Below are positions 9,814 through 19,600 of a stretch of 36,826 nucleotides of DNA, piece after piece. The translations under genes were made by a program, and so were the position numbers. The notes beneath the pieces are model-generated. The model worked only from the letters and a program-made list of their open reading frames with translations, had not been told where the DNA came from and made no database searches. Numbering within the stretch: position 1 is the stretch's first letter; every line of letters begins with the position of its first letter. The DNA is from Bdellovibrionota bacterium FG-2 (GTDB taxonomy: Bacteria; Bdellovibrionota; UBA1018), in the NCBI GenBank assembly GCA_051382305.1, contig JBBCAV010000404.1, positions 1 to 36,826 of the forward strand, written 5' to 3'.

Positions 9814-9853
9814 ATAGCATTGTATAGCATCTTAAAGTGGGTTACAATGCTAT
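9814..9853 (-). promoter_or_regulatory. hipBA promoter overlapped by an 11-bp inverted-repeat operator
   Basis: Minus strand TTGTAA (9847-9842)-N17-TACAAT (9824-9819); perfect IR atagcattgta (9814-9824) / tacaatgctat (9843-9853). Confidence 0.75.
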
Positions 9854-9985
9854 ATATGGCTATGTATAAGCAAAGAGCAGGGACCCTTTACGGGCCCCCC
9901 CCTTGACACTAGGCTGCTGGTGGCAGGGAGACCTTGAAAAGCCTACATTAACACGGAAGATTGCGCGCTTCATGTCAAGAGAATT

Positions 9986-10006
9986 GGGGAAACTTCATGG
10001 GCCCTT
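9986..10006 (+). repeat. 21-bp direct repeat, right copy, running into a T-tract
   Basis: ggggaaacttcatgggccctt, followed by further Ts to 10012. Confidence 0.9.
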
Positions 10007-10051
10007 TTTTTTGACTCGCCGCTACCTTTTTTTTGTAATATAGCATCCTCT

Positions 10052-11356
10052 ATGACACTCTCGTTTCGGGTTGCCGCTGGATTTATCTCTTTGTTTTTGT
10101 TTGCGTTTCCGACCTTTGCGGCGAACGTGGTTTCGTCCGAAGCGGCTATAACTTTTGAAAATCAGGCCGTCGATCTTCGCCTTCGCATGCTTCTGCCCCT
10201 GGATGGCGAACAAGCCGAGATTCTTCCCTCTCTTGAGGGCGAAAATCCACAAGTCGCGCTCTCGGTCGTTGAAGGGCTAATTGATGACGGGCTGTTGCGG
10301 CCCGGTATTGAGCAGTTATCAAAAGCGCTAGAGCAGACTTCATTAACTTTGGCCGAACAAATACGTGTCTTGCGTGTGAGTGCGTTGCGCTCCCGGCAAG
10401 GGAAATTCGAAAAAACCGTGCTCTCGAAACTTCAAAGGGCGCTTGATGAGAATGTGTTAGGAGAAGAAGAGTCAGCCGTCGTGTTTGAGATTTTGAAGGC
10501 GGAACCGATCTTAGGCGGGCGCCCTCAATGGCAGCCGCTGATTCTAAGAGTTCGAGCGGAATTTCCTGAGAGCGTCGAATTTTTCGAAAACAGTGTTTAC
10601 GCGGCTTTCGTCGCACCCACGGTGCAGCAGGTTCAGGACCTCTATGCGCAGCCGGTAGGATTGGATGTCTATGCTTCTGGAAAATACCTAAATCACCCGC
10701 GGTTGTTTATGTTTTGCAGACATAAGAGAGCCTATCCTTGCTTGATGGTCATGAAGGATCGAGACGATCAGCCGGTCTACGAAGATGATTCTCGGACGAC
10801 GCTGTGGCATCAGCCTTCTTTGGGGCTTGGCGTGGTGGGTAAGGATTTTTCGGAGCACGGCGGCTACACACCTTCTGGAATTCATCAGATGGATGGCGTG
10901 ATGCCGGTGGCAGATCAGACGAAGAGTTTTGGCAAGTTTCGACGGATTATTTTGAACTTTGTTTCGCGCTCGAAAGACGAAAAAACATATAAAACTATTT
11001 TGCCGGTTTCGAATCACTCCGCACTTTGGTGGCATGAGTCGGTCATCGGGCGTGATGTGGGGCGGGTGAGTTTGAGGATCCATGGAACGGGGAAAATCAA
11101 TCAGGATTCGAACTCCACTTTCTATCCTTTTCTATCGACTCATGGGTGTGTTGCCAAAAGAGAGAATAAGTATCCGGAAAGCGCCACACCTTATAAAGAT
11201 CAGCGTGAGCTCTTGGACCAACTCATGGTTTCCTCAAATCTTGAACCCATGTTTAAAAATGAACCTGAGATTTTAGGTTTGCTATATGTGCTCGAGATTG
11301 ATGATCAGGCCGCGCCCGTGACCCTTGAGGATTTAGCCAAGTACGCAATCGACTAA
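10052..11356 (+). CDS. Secreted protein with C-terminal L,D-transpeptidase (YkuD)-like domain
   Basis: Signal peptide; TPSG, LRIHGTG and STHGCV match the YkuD HG...HGC catalytic pattern. Confidence 0.65.
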   Translation: MTLSFRVAAGFISLFLFAFPTFAANVVSSEAAITFENQAVDLRLRMLLPLDGEQAEILPSLEGENPQVALSVVEGLIDDGLLRPGIEQLSKALEQTSLTLAEQIRVLRVSALRSRQGKFEKTVLSKLQRALDENVLGEEESAVVFEILKAEPILGGRPQWQPLILRVRAEFPESVEFFENSVYAAFVAPTVQQVQDLYAQPVGLDVYASGKYLNHPRLFMFCRHKRAYPCLMVMKDRDDQPVYEDDSRTTLWHQPSLGLGVVGKDFSEHGGYTPSGIHQMDGVMPVADQTKSFGKFRRIILNFVSRSKDEKTYKTILPVSNHSALWWHESVIGRDVGRVSLRIHGTGKINQDSNSTFYPFLSTHGCVAKRENKYPESATPYKDQRELLDQLMVSSNLEPMFKNEPEILGLLYVLEIDDQAAPVTLEDLAKYAID

Positions 11357-14109
11357 AGTTTTCCGGTAGGAAGTCCTAACAGCATTTCATACTCCCTGAC
11401 TCGACCTTCACCATACGAATCCGGAAACTCAAGCCCCGCAAGATCATTTTCTAAAGCGGGATGCACGATGATTTCATGCTGAAAATGTGCGCCAAGTTTT
11501 GAGCGAAGCTGGGCCAGGTCAGAAAAATCTGATAACTTGGGATAAAAACAAGGCAAAGCCGAAAAGCCAAAACGATGAAATTTGTGTGCTGGCCTTGTTG
11601 CCAAGGAAGCCAAAATATTAACAGGAAACTTGCGACTCCACCAAAGCCGTCGTTCATAAGGGAGCCGAATTCTTGAAATCTGATGACGCTTAAGCAAGGG
11701 AGCAAGTGCTTCCAGCACTCCTGGAATCAGATGCGCATGGTGGTGGCCATCAAGATAGCGGACTTCAATGCCTGCGGTGGTGAGCGTAGAGAGTTGCGCT
11801 TCAAATTCCGCGGCAAGTTCTCGCTTCAGTTTCTCACGGTCGCCAAAAGGGTTGAGCCATTTAAGCAACAGCCGAAATGGGGTGGGGTTGAATTCTTCGG
11901 TGGCCAAAGAACGCGCGTAGGTCAGATTCAAGTGAAGACCGATTTCAAAGCCAGGGATAGCCAAGAGTTCCGTAAGACGATGATTGAGATGCGCACCATT
12001 TGCCAACGCCGATGCTCGCTGAACGATGCCCCTCTTGGCGAGCTCAATAATCCCATCATTGACTCCCTTTGAAATTCCCCAATCATCGCAAGTGACATGT
12101 TGAGGTTTTTGAAATGGGCCGTATAACCCACGATGGTTTCGCCAATAAATTTGAGGAAGGCATGCTAGCTGCTCAAAGGTTTCGCCAAACATACGAGAGC
12201 GCGACTTCTCATGAGGGACAATGATTTTGCAGGGCAGGTCGACTTGTTTAAGCCCATGCGCCTGCGCGCAGAGGGCAAGTTCCAACTCAAAAAACAATTC
12301 AAGCGGTGCTGGAAGGTGGCTCGTACAAAGCGCAAATCTGAGTAGGCTCGCCGTCGTCACAAGGTTTCCAGAAAGCAGATCCTCGTTTGAGTTGGAATCT
12401 CTAAAAAACAAGCGATGAAGAAGCCGGTTCCAACGAAGTCCTCTTTTGAAACGCGCATAAATGCGCCGCAACTCTGCGACCTTTACTTCAATCACGGTTT
12501 TAGGCGATCGGCGTGAGGCACGAATGAGTTTCGCATCTTGGAGTTGCTGATAGGCTTTGGTAAAAAATACAGGCTCGGGGGGGTGCTCGATTCGGAGCAG
12601 TCCGATGTTTTTCCCGCGTGCGGAAAATACGCATTGAGCAAGCGCGGTGTGGAAGCTATCTACTGGGCCATAGTTTGCCACGAGAATTTCGAAATCCTCA
12701 CCCAAACAATGACGTAGCTCAGTCTGAAGCGATTCGAGATAAGTCTTCATAAAAAACGAGGACACGGATCGATTGGGAAAACAGGGGCGAAGGACAACGA
12801 GGGAAAATTTAAGTGGAGTCTTGGGCGGGGCGCTCGCAAGATATTTTGAAAAACTCTGATGAGGGCTTTGTTCCCTTCTCGGCGTGGATAGGAGATGGGC
12901 CCACATTAAATTCGCCGCACCTAGAAACAGGGTAGCCAGAAGTGGAATCGATGCGTTTTGAAGACCGAAAAACAAGGTGTCCCCAACGATGTCTTTTCCC
13001 GCCAAAGATAAAGTCAGTACACCAAATCCGAGGGCAAAAAGACTGAACCTCCGAAGGGCCTTTTGAGGTTGATACTCTTCTTGGGTACAAGCCATCAACA
13101 GGAGCGCCGCAGGGAAAGCCAAGACGGTTAGAGAATATTTGAACGTTTCAGGCATGAGCCAGCTATAGGGAAAAACGCCGAAGGAGAAAAACAGCGCGCG
13201 CCCCAGTACATTGCGGGGGGAGCGGATAAACCAAAAAAGCGCGGTTGCTACACTCACAACGACCCCTGCCACCAAATGTAGGGTGTGGGCCAGATTTGAA
13301 GTCATGAATCCCGCTTTGGCAAAGCGAAGGAGAAAACTCAAAATCGATTGGCTCCCGTAGTGGGAAGAATCAAAATAATTGGAATCTTCACGGACGATCT
13401 GAAACCAGCCTCGCCAGAGACTAAGCCCTGTGCCCGAAGGGGCGTCCAGTAAAAGCAACATCGCCCAGAAAACCGCCATCAAAAAGAGCAAGCCACTCAG
13501 CGCCCCCCAGATGGGTCTGAGCTTGCGTGAGCCGGGGATGCCAAAGAATAGGAAAAATAGAATGCCGGGTCCAATTTTAAAGGCGGCGGGCACCGCAAGT
13601 GCCATCCCCGCAAGAGACAAGCGTTGTGAGGTCCATGCCCAAAGGCTAACGCTTAAAGCACACAAAATTACACTTGAGACCTGGCCAATCATGAAACAAT
13701 CCAGGCAAAATCGCAGGACAAAAAGTGCGGCGGCACAAGTGATCCACAGCGGCGTCTTATAGGGCTGTTCAGTTTTTGCGATCAGTTTGAGCGTGCGATG
13801 CAAAAAGACAAAGGCCCAAAGAAAACAAAAAAACTGCACAAAAAACCAGGCAAGCTGTGCCCGCTCAAAAGTCAGTTCCGCAAGGGGACGGAAAAAGGGC
13901 AGGAAAAAAGGAGCGTAACGAAACGGGCAGGGTCCATCTAAAAGCGTGTAGATTTCATTGAAGCGAAAGCCTTTTAAACGCTCTGCGGCGCGATAGTAAA
14001 CGCTAAAGTCCGTGCTCGGTCCTAGCAGGCTTACTTTGTAGGCGTATAAGACAAGCGCAATGAGGCCAAGCGCCGCGGTTAGGGCGATGAGAATTCTTTC
14101 CTTACGCAT
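11353..14109 (-). CDS. Fusion: GT87/DUF2029 membrane glycosyltransferase + degenerate GT2 + YdjC/ChbG deacetylase
   Basis: DFSVYYRAA, FRYAPFF, GQVS, KIGP and multiple TM helices; central GT2-like segment without DxD; TCDDWG, GLHLNLT, DGHHHAH, IIVHP. ATG 14109 overlaps the upstream stop. Confidence 0.82.
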   Translation of the reverse strand: MRKERILIALTAALGLIALVLYAYKVSLLGPSTDFSVYYRAAERLKGFRFNEIYTLLDGPCPFRYAPFFLPFFRPLAELTFERAQLAWFFVQFFCFLWAFVFLHRTLKLIAKTEQPYKTPLWITCAAALFVLRFCLDCFMIGQVSSVILCALSVSLWAWTSQRLSLAGMALAVPAAFKIGPGILFFLFFGIPGSRKLRPIWGALSGLLFLMAVFWAMLLLLDAPSGTGLSLWRGWFQIVREDSNYFDSSHYGSQSILSFLLRFAKAGFMTSNLAHTLHLVAGVVVSVATALFWFIRSPRNVLGRALFFSFGVFPYSWLMPETFKYSLTVLAFPAALLLMACTQEEYQPQKALRRFSLFALGFGVLTLSLAGKDIVGDTLFFGLQNASIPLLATLFLGAANLMWAHLLSTPRREQSPHQSFSKYLASAPPKTPLKFSLVVLRPCFPNRSVSSFFMKTYLESLQTELRHCLGEDFEILVANYGPVDSFHTALAQCVFSARGKNIGLLRIEHPPEPVFFTKAYQQLQDAKLIRASRRSPKTVIEVKVAELRRIYARFKRGLRWNRLLHRLFFRDSNSNEDLLSGNLVTTASLLRFALCTSHLPAPLELFFELELALCAQAHGLKQVDLPCKIIVPHEKSRSRMFGETFEQLACLPQIYWRNHRGLYGPFQKPQHVTCDDWGISKGVNDGIIELAKRGIVQRASALANGAHLNHRLTELLAIPGFEIGLHLNLTYARSLATEEFNPTPFRLLLKWLNPFGDREKLKRELAAEFEAQLSTLTTAGIEVRYLDGHHHAHLIPGVLEALAPLLKRHQISRIRLPYERRLWWSRKFPVNILASLATRPAHKFHRFGFSALPCFYPKLSDFSDLAQLRSKLGAHFQHEIIVHPALENDLAGLEFPDSYGEGRVREYEMLLGLPTGKL

Positions 14110-15580
14110 GAAGACCCACTCCTCCTCGTTTTTCGCAAATATAGAGGACTTCGGAGAACAGCAGGCTTGGGCTGCGCTCAGAGCGAACTTCAAAACCGAG
14201 CTCGTAGAAGAGTTCGCGCCAGGCGCGCGCCGAGCGCGGCGTCAGCGCTCGGGCAAAATATTTATAGAGGCCGTGTCGATCGTCGATCTCTCGAACGAGC
14301 AGAGTTCCTCCAGGGCCCAACACTTCGGCGGCGTCCTGCAGGATCTTGACTTGAATCTCATTGGTGAACTCGCGCATGACGTCAATAAGGGCGATGCCCG
14401 AGTAGGTCCCCTTCGGAAAAGGCTGAAACCATCCGTGTTCAAAACAAAGACCTTTTGAGTTGTCGCCGAAAAGGCCCAGGGAACCAAACGCTTCTTGAGA
14501 TCGCTTGATGCATTGCGGATCGTGGTCGATGCCCACCACTTTTCGGGGGACCTGATCCTGACAGGCGACAGTGGCGGCCAAAAGGCCGTAACCACATCCG
14601 AGATCAAGAATGTCACCTCGGGGCGGCAGGTATTTGGCCATTTGACGGTAAGGCGTTCGGGCCCAGCGCAAGTGGATCAAAGCCCTGCTCCACCAAGGGC
14701 CGCGGGAGAAGAGCCTTGGAAGCCAGGGGAGGGTGCTTTTGCCACCATATTTTCCTGCGCGAATTCGGACCCAAATGCGCAAGAGCCAAAAGGCAGCCAA
14801 GAAACTCTCGCGTAGGATTCGAACGGTGGATTTTTCGCTTCCCAAGAATAGCACGGTGGGAAGATCAAGCCACTTTTTCCCCGATCCTTGGGCGGTGAGA
14901 AAAATCTCAAGGTCAAAGAAAAAACCAGGGCAAAGGGGCCTCGCAAAAACCATGAGTGCCAGCGAGCGGGTCATGGCTTTGATTCCAGCTTGGGTATCAG
15001 TGGTTTCAATCCCTAGCAGTAACCGTGCGAAGGTATTGAAGAGCATTCCCAGGCGATGTCTGCGATAGGCGAGACGAAGGAGGCTTACGGGGAGCTCAAA
15101 GGTACTCTCCTTGAGTCTTCGATTGCCTGTAACCAGATGAAAACCCAAGTCCAGTTTAGCTAAAGCCCGATCAAAGAACGAAAGAGCATAGGGGAGGTCG
15201 GCATCGGTAAAAAGGACTGCTTCTCCCACGCTAGCTTGGACGCCCGTACGCAGGGCAGCGCCTTTCCCAAGTGGCCCGGGATGAATGATACATCTGACGT
15301 TGGGGTGGACTTGCGCCAGGCTTTGGGCAAGCAGGAAAGTGTGATCTTCTTCTGAACCCTCGGGGCAAACTGTAGGAATCAAAATGATTTCAAAATCCTC
15401 TGGAAATCGGGCTTGAAAAAAAGCGTGAGCTTTTTCAACGGTAGTTTTGAGGCAGTGTGTGGCGTTTTTTGCGGGAATGAGGAGGCTGATCTTCTTGGAA
15501 GTAGAGAGTGGAGTGGACGCGAATTTTTCGGAAAAATCGCGTTCAGGCAAGGCGCGCATTTCATCCAAGAGTGATTTCAT
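14102..15580 (-). CDS. Fusion: GT2 polyprenol-phosphate glycosyltransferase + class I SAM methyltransferase
   Basis: ISLLIPA, GKGAAL, FTDADL, DTQAGIKA, FDLE; C-terminal ILDLGCGYG, GIDHD, LGPGGTL. Confidence 0.85.
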   Translation of the reverse strand: MKSLLDEMRALPERDFSEKFASTPLSTSKKISLLIPAKNATHCLKTTVEKAHAFFQARFPEDFEIILIPTVCPEGSEEDHTFLLAQSLAQVHPNVRCIIHPGPLGKGAALRTGVQASVGEAVLFTDADLPYALSFFDRALAKLDLGFHLVTGNRRLKESTFELPVSLLRLAYRRHRLGMLFNTFARLLLGIETTDTQAGIKAMTRSLALMVFARPLCPGFFFDLEIFLTAQGSGKKWLDLPTVLFLGSEKSTVRILRESFLAAFWLLRIWVRIRAGKYGGKSTLPWLPRLFSRGPWWSRALIHLRWARTPYRQMAKYLPPRGDILDLGCGYGLLAATVACQDQVPRKVVGIDHDPQCIKRSQEAFGSLGLFGDNSKGLCFEHGWFQPFPKGTYSGIALIDVMREFTNEIQVKILQDAAEVLGPGGTLLVREIDDRHGLYKYFARALTPRSARAWRELFYELGFEVRSERSPSLLFSEVLYICEKRGGVGLHA

Positions 15581-15585
15581 GTGTC

Positions 15586-16647
15586 CTACCGGTCTGTTCC
15601 ATTCTGAAACTGGCCTAGCACCCCTCTCAAAATTCTAAGAATGTGCTCGCAATCTGCCCCCGAATGCAGCGCGAGTCCGCAAGCAGGAGTATAGAGTGAA
15701 GATTTCAGGATCTCTTGGATTCGCGCGGGGCGATCTTGATAAGTGGTTTTAAGTGAAGCCAAGAGTTCGAGGAACAACTGCTCTGCGGTTAAAGAATGCA
15801 GAAGCGAGGAGCGAGCTGTGGGAACGACGCCGAGCGAGAGCAGCCCTTTTCGATCCAAGAACTGATCAAGGGACGCGCGAGCTTGCAGAAGACTTTGCAG
15901 CGAGAGCTTGGCATCGATGGAAAGAATATCCAGCGGCAATTCAAGCAAAGCGTTCCACTCCGTATTGCCGCAGCAATGAACCCCTACGACAACACCCTGT
16001 TTTTGAAGGGTCTGAATTAAGACGCGAAGCTCTTGCAACCCTAAAAGGTGCTTGGGGTTGGTCATTGAATACCCATAGAGCCCCGGTTCATCTAAAAATA
16101 AAATAGGTTTATAGCCGATCTTTTGAAGCCTTTTTGACATCGCCAGGGCGCGCGCCAAAATCAGTCGAAAAATTTGAGTCGTAAGCGCGGGCTCGCGATC
16201 GGCGGGGGTGCCGTCTGTAAATCTGAGTGCCCACTGAGAAGTGAGGGGCCCCGCGATCTGAATTTTCGCTAAGCGCTGGGGAAAAGCGGAGGCCTGTTCT
16301 TCGAGCTCCCAAAGAAACGGCTGCCAACTGCTCGATGTGGCCGAGGAGGGTTCAAAGGTTTCCAGAAATCCATCATCCGTGAGCGCTTTATTCAAACGTC
16401 CCTCAAGGGCATGAGCATGAGCGTTCCAGATGTCGGGATTGAGGGTGATCGACCCATCGCGATCGACTTGAAGGCCAGGCAGCCCCTCTAGGGCTTGCGC
16501 AATCATGAATTCCCAAGGATTGCGAATGGGGATTTGAGGGAGAAACGGGATACCCATCTTAAATGAAAACGCCAGCGCCGCATCGATGTTGTGATGGGGC
16601 AGGCTGCCAATGCCGGTGGTGAGACCACTAACCGCGGTTGTCTTCAC
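15586..16647 (-). CDS. Core (single-barrel) cobalamin-independent methionine synthase-like protein
   Basis: TGIGSLPH, KIQIAGPLT, FLDEP, GVHCC, LGVVPT, TPACGL (HxC...C Zn-ligand pattern). GTG 16647 has a GGAGG SD and overlaps the end of metH. Confidence 0.75.
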   Translation of the reverse strand: MKTTAVSGLTTGIGSLPHHNIDAALAFSFKMGIPFLPQIPIRNPWEFMIAQALEGLPGLQVDRDGSITLNPDIWNAHAHALEGRLNKALTDDGFLETFEPSSATSSSWQPFLWELEEQASAFPQRLAKIQIAGPLTSQWALRFTDGTPADREPALTTQIFRLILARALAMSKRLQKIGYKPILFLDEPGLYGYSMTNPKHLLGLQELRVLIQTLQKQGVVVGVHCCGNTEWNALLELPLDILSIDAKLSLQSLLQARASLDQFLDRKGLLSLGVVPTARSSLLHSLTAEQLFLELLASLKTTYQDRPARIQEILKSSLYTPACGLALHSGADCEHILRILRGVLGQFQNGTDR

Positions 16648-19600
16648 TTGCGCCTCCAACTGAAAAATAAGTAGCACTCGGGTGGTGAAAAGCGATGGCC
16701 GATACGCTGGACTCGGGGTCCATCATGAATCCTTCGGTGAGTTGAATGCCGATCTCTTGCGGTCTCAGCAGTTTCCACAAAATGGCTTGATCCTCAAGGT
16801 TAGGGCAGGCGGGGTAGCCAAAACTATAGCGTTTGCCACGGTACTTGGCTTGAAACCGCTCCATCATGGTGATGTCCTCAGGATCGGGATAGCCCCACAT
16901 TTTGCGAATCTGCGAGTGCAGCAGTTCGGCATAGGCTTCAGCCGACTCCAGTGCCAGGGCCTGGAGAATGTGGGACTTCAGATAGTCTCCGCGGTTCTTA
17001 AACTGCTCGGCAAGTTCTCGAATGCCACGACCGACGCTGACCGTATAGAGCGCGACCGTATCGCAGGCGCTCGGGGATTCCGCAACATAGTCGCTTAAGC
17101 ACAGACCGTCGATTTGGTTTTGGCGCGGGAAAGTAAAACGTGCGGTTTCTGAATTGCCTTGCCAGAGCACGAGCGAGTTCCCTTCCGAAGACGCCCTGTA
17201 AAACTGATAGACTGCAGAAGACTGTAACACTTCCGTTTCGCGATAGGTGAATCGTACTTCTTGAACGGTGTTCCAGATGGCCACGGCTTTGGGTTCGGAT
17301 TCTTCAAGCTGTGTGCCCAGTTTTGGATCATTCAGTGCTTTTGCCAGTTGGCGTACGAGTCCGCCCTTGATGCCCAAATGTCTTCCGTAGAGCATCAGCG
17401 GGTTAACGTACTTCCAGATGTGTTCATAGGGAGTGTTCTTGATCACGTGCCGGTCCAAATCAGGGGGGCTTGGGAAACTTTCAAGGGTCTGAATCTGAGT
17501 TGAGCGGCGCATAGGTGATGCGGGCGCCGCAACCTTGGCCGGCGTCTCTGCAGCCTTTTTTGCCCTTCTTTCGGCCAATTCCATGCGAAAGGCCTCGAAC
17601 TTCACAGGATCCACAATCGTTTTTGCGAGATCAAGCCCGTTCATCGCGTCCGAAGCGTAGGCCACGGTTCCTGTCGTGTAAGCTCTTGCGATCTGGCGAT
17701 CCACGAAGTTTGAACTTAGGGCCGCGCCTCCTACGACGACGGGGATGGAGATTCCAGCCTTTGAGAGGTCTTCCGCCGTCAGGACCATTTGTTGTGCAGA
17801 TTTTACGAGAAGTCCCGAGAGTCCGATCATATCAGGGGAGTGCTCACGCGCAGCCGCGATGAGTTGCTCGGGGGGAATTTTTATTCCGAGGTTAATCACT
17901 TCAAACCCATTGTTGCTCAAAATGATTTCGACAAGATTTTTTCCGATGTCATGGACATCGCCCTTCACTGTTGCAAGCAGGATGCGGCCACGACTCGCAC
18001 TTTGCGCTTTTTCCATGAACTGCTCGAGGTGGTTGACAGCGGCCTTCATGACTTCGGCGGATTGAAGAACTTCGGCGACGATGAGTTGATTGGCGTTAAA
18101 GAGTTTTCCGACTTGATCCATACCACGCATGAGCGGACCGTTGATGATTTCAAGCGGCTTCATCGCCTCCTCACCCTTGAGCGCGAGATTCAAATCGTCA
18201 ACGAGCCCGTCTTTGGACCCTTCCAAAATATAACGAGAGAGTCGTTGATCTAGAGGCAGTTTTTCTTTTTGAACCTTTTCGACAATCTTCTTCTCGCGAA
18301 AGTGGGCAGCAAAAGCGGCAACGGGATCGGGGCCTATCTGGACGCCCGCCTGGGCACCAAGCCCCGCGCACCGATTATAGAGCAGATCTTCGGAGAGTTT
18401 GCGTTCCTCTTCGGAAATATTCGCGTAGCGCACCAGCTTCTCGGCGTTGACAATCGCCAGATCCAGGCCTGCTTGCACGCAGTGGTAGAGGAACACAGAG
18501 TTGAGGACTTCTCGGCCGGCAGCAGGCAGACCAAAACTTACGTTTGAAATTCCGAGCACCGTTTTGACTTTCGGGAAACGGGCTTTAATAAGCCGCAGTC
18601 CTTCGATCGTCTCCACGGCCGAGCCGACATACTGGACGTCACCGGTGGCGCAGGGGAAAACCAGCGGGTCAAAGTAAATGTCGTTTTCGGGCAGTCCGTA
18701 CTTTTGGGTGAGTAAAGTGTGAGAACGTTCGGCGATGGCAAGCTTGCGCGCGCGCGAAACGCCCATCCCTTGTTGGGCGTCGTCATCGATGGTGCCCACA
18801 ACCAAAGCCGCGCCATAACGGCGAGCCAGCCCCGCGACCTGTGCCATGCGTTCTTCGCCATCTTCGAGATTGACCGAGTTGATGATGGCTTTGCCTTGTG
18901 AATATCCCAAGGCGAGTTCGAGGACTTTTGAGTCGGTGGAATCAATCATCCACGGCGCCCGAATTTTCTTGGCGGCAATCTCTAAAAAACTTCGCATATC
19001 CGTAAGCTCGTCGCGATCGGGGTTGGCCAGGCAGATGTCGACGATCTGGGCGCCGTTACGCACTTGAGAGCGGGCGATCTCGGAGGCCTCATCAAACTTG
19101 CCCTCGCAAATCAGGGTCTTGAATTTTTTGCTGCCGATCACGTTTGTGCGCTCGCCCACAATAACGGGCCGAATTTCGTCCGTAATCTCGAGGTAATCAA
19201 TGCCTGAAAGCGCGGACACGGGGAGGCCTGTGGTGCCTGAAGACGCGCCCGAAGGCGCGCCGGAAAAACTTCGCGGTGAAGCTTTTGCCGCAACAAGGGC
19301 TAGGGCTTTGATGTGGGCAGGGGTTGTTCCGCAGCAGCCGCCGAGCAGATTGACCCAACCCTTGTCAGTAAAACGCGAAACGATTTGGGCGACCATCTCG
19401 GGGGTTTCCAGGTAACAACCGTCTTCATCGGGCAGCCCCGCGTTGGGCACGCAAGCGACGGCAAAGGGTGAGAGTCGCGCAAGTGTGCGAACGTGATCGG
19501 TCATAAATTCTGGACCGGTTGCACAGTTTACGCCGATGTACAGAAGTTCTCGATGGGAAAGCGAGGTGAGCAACGCCTCAACACCTTGACCGGCGAGCAT

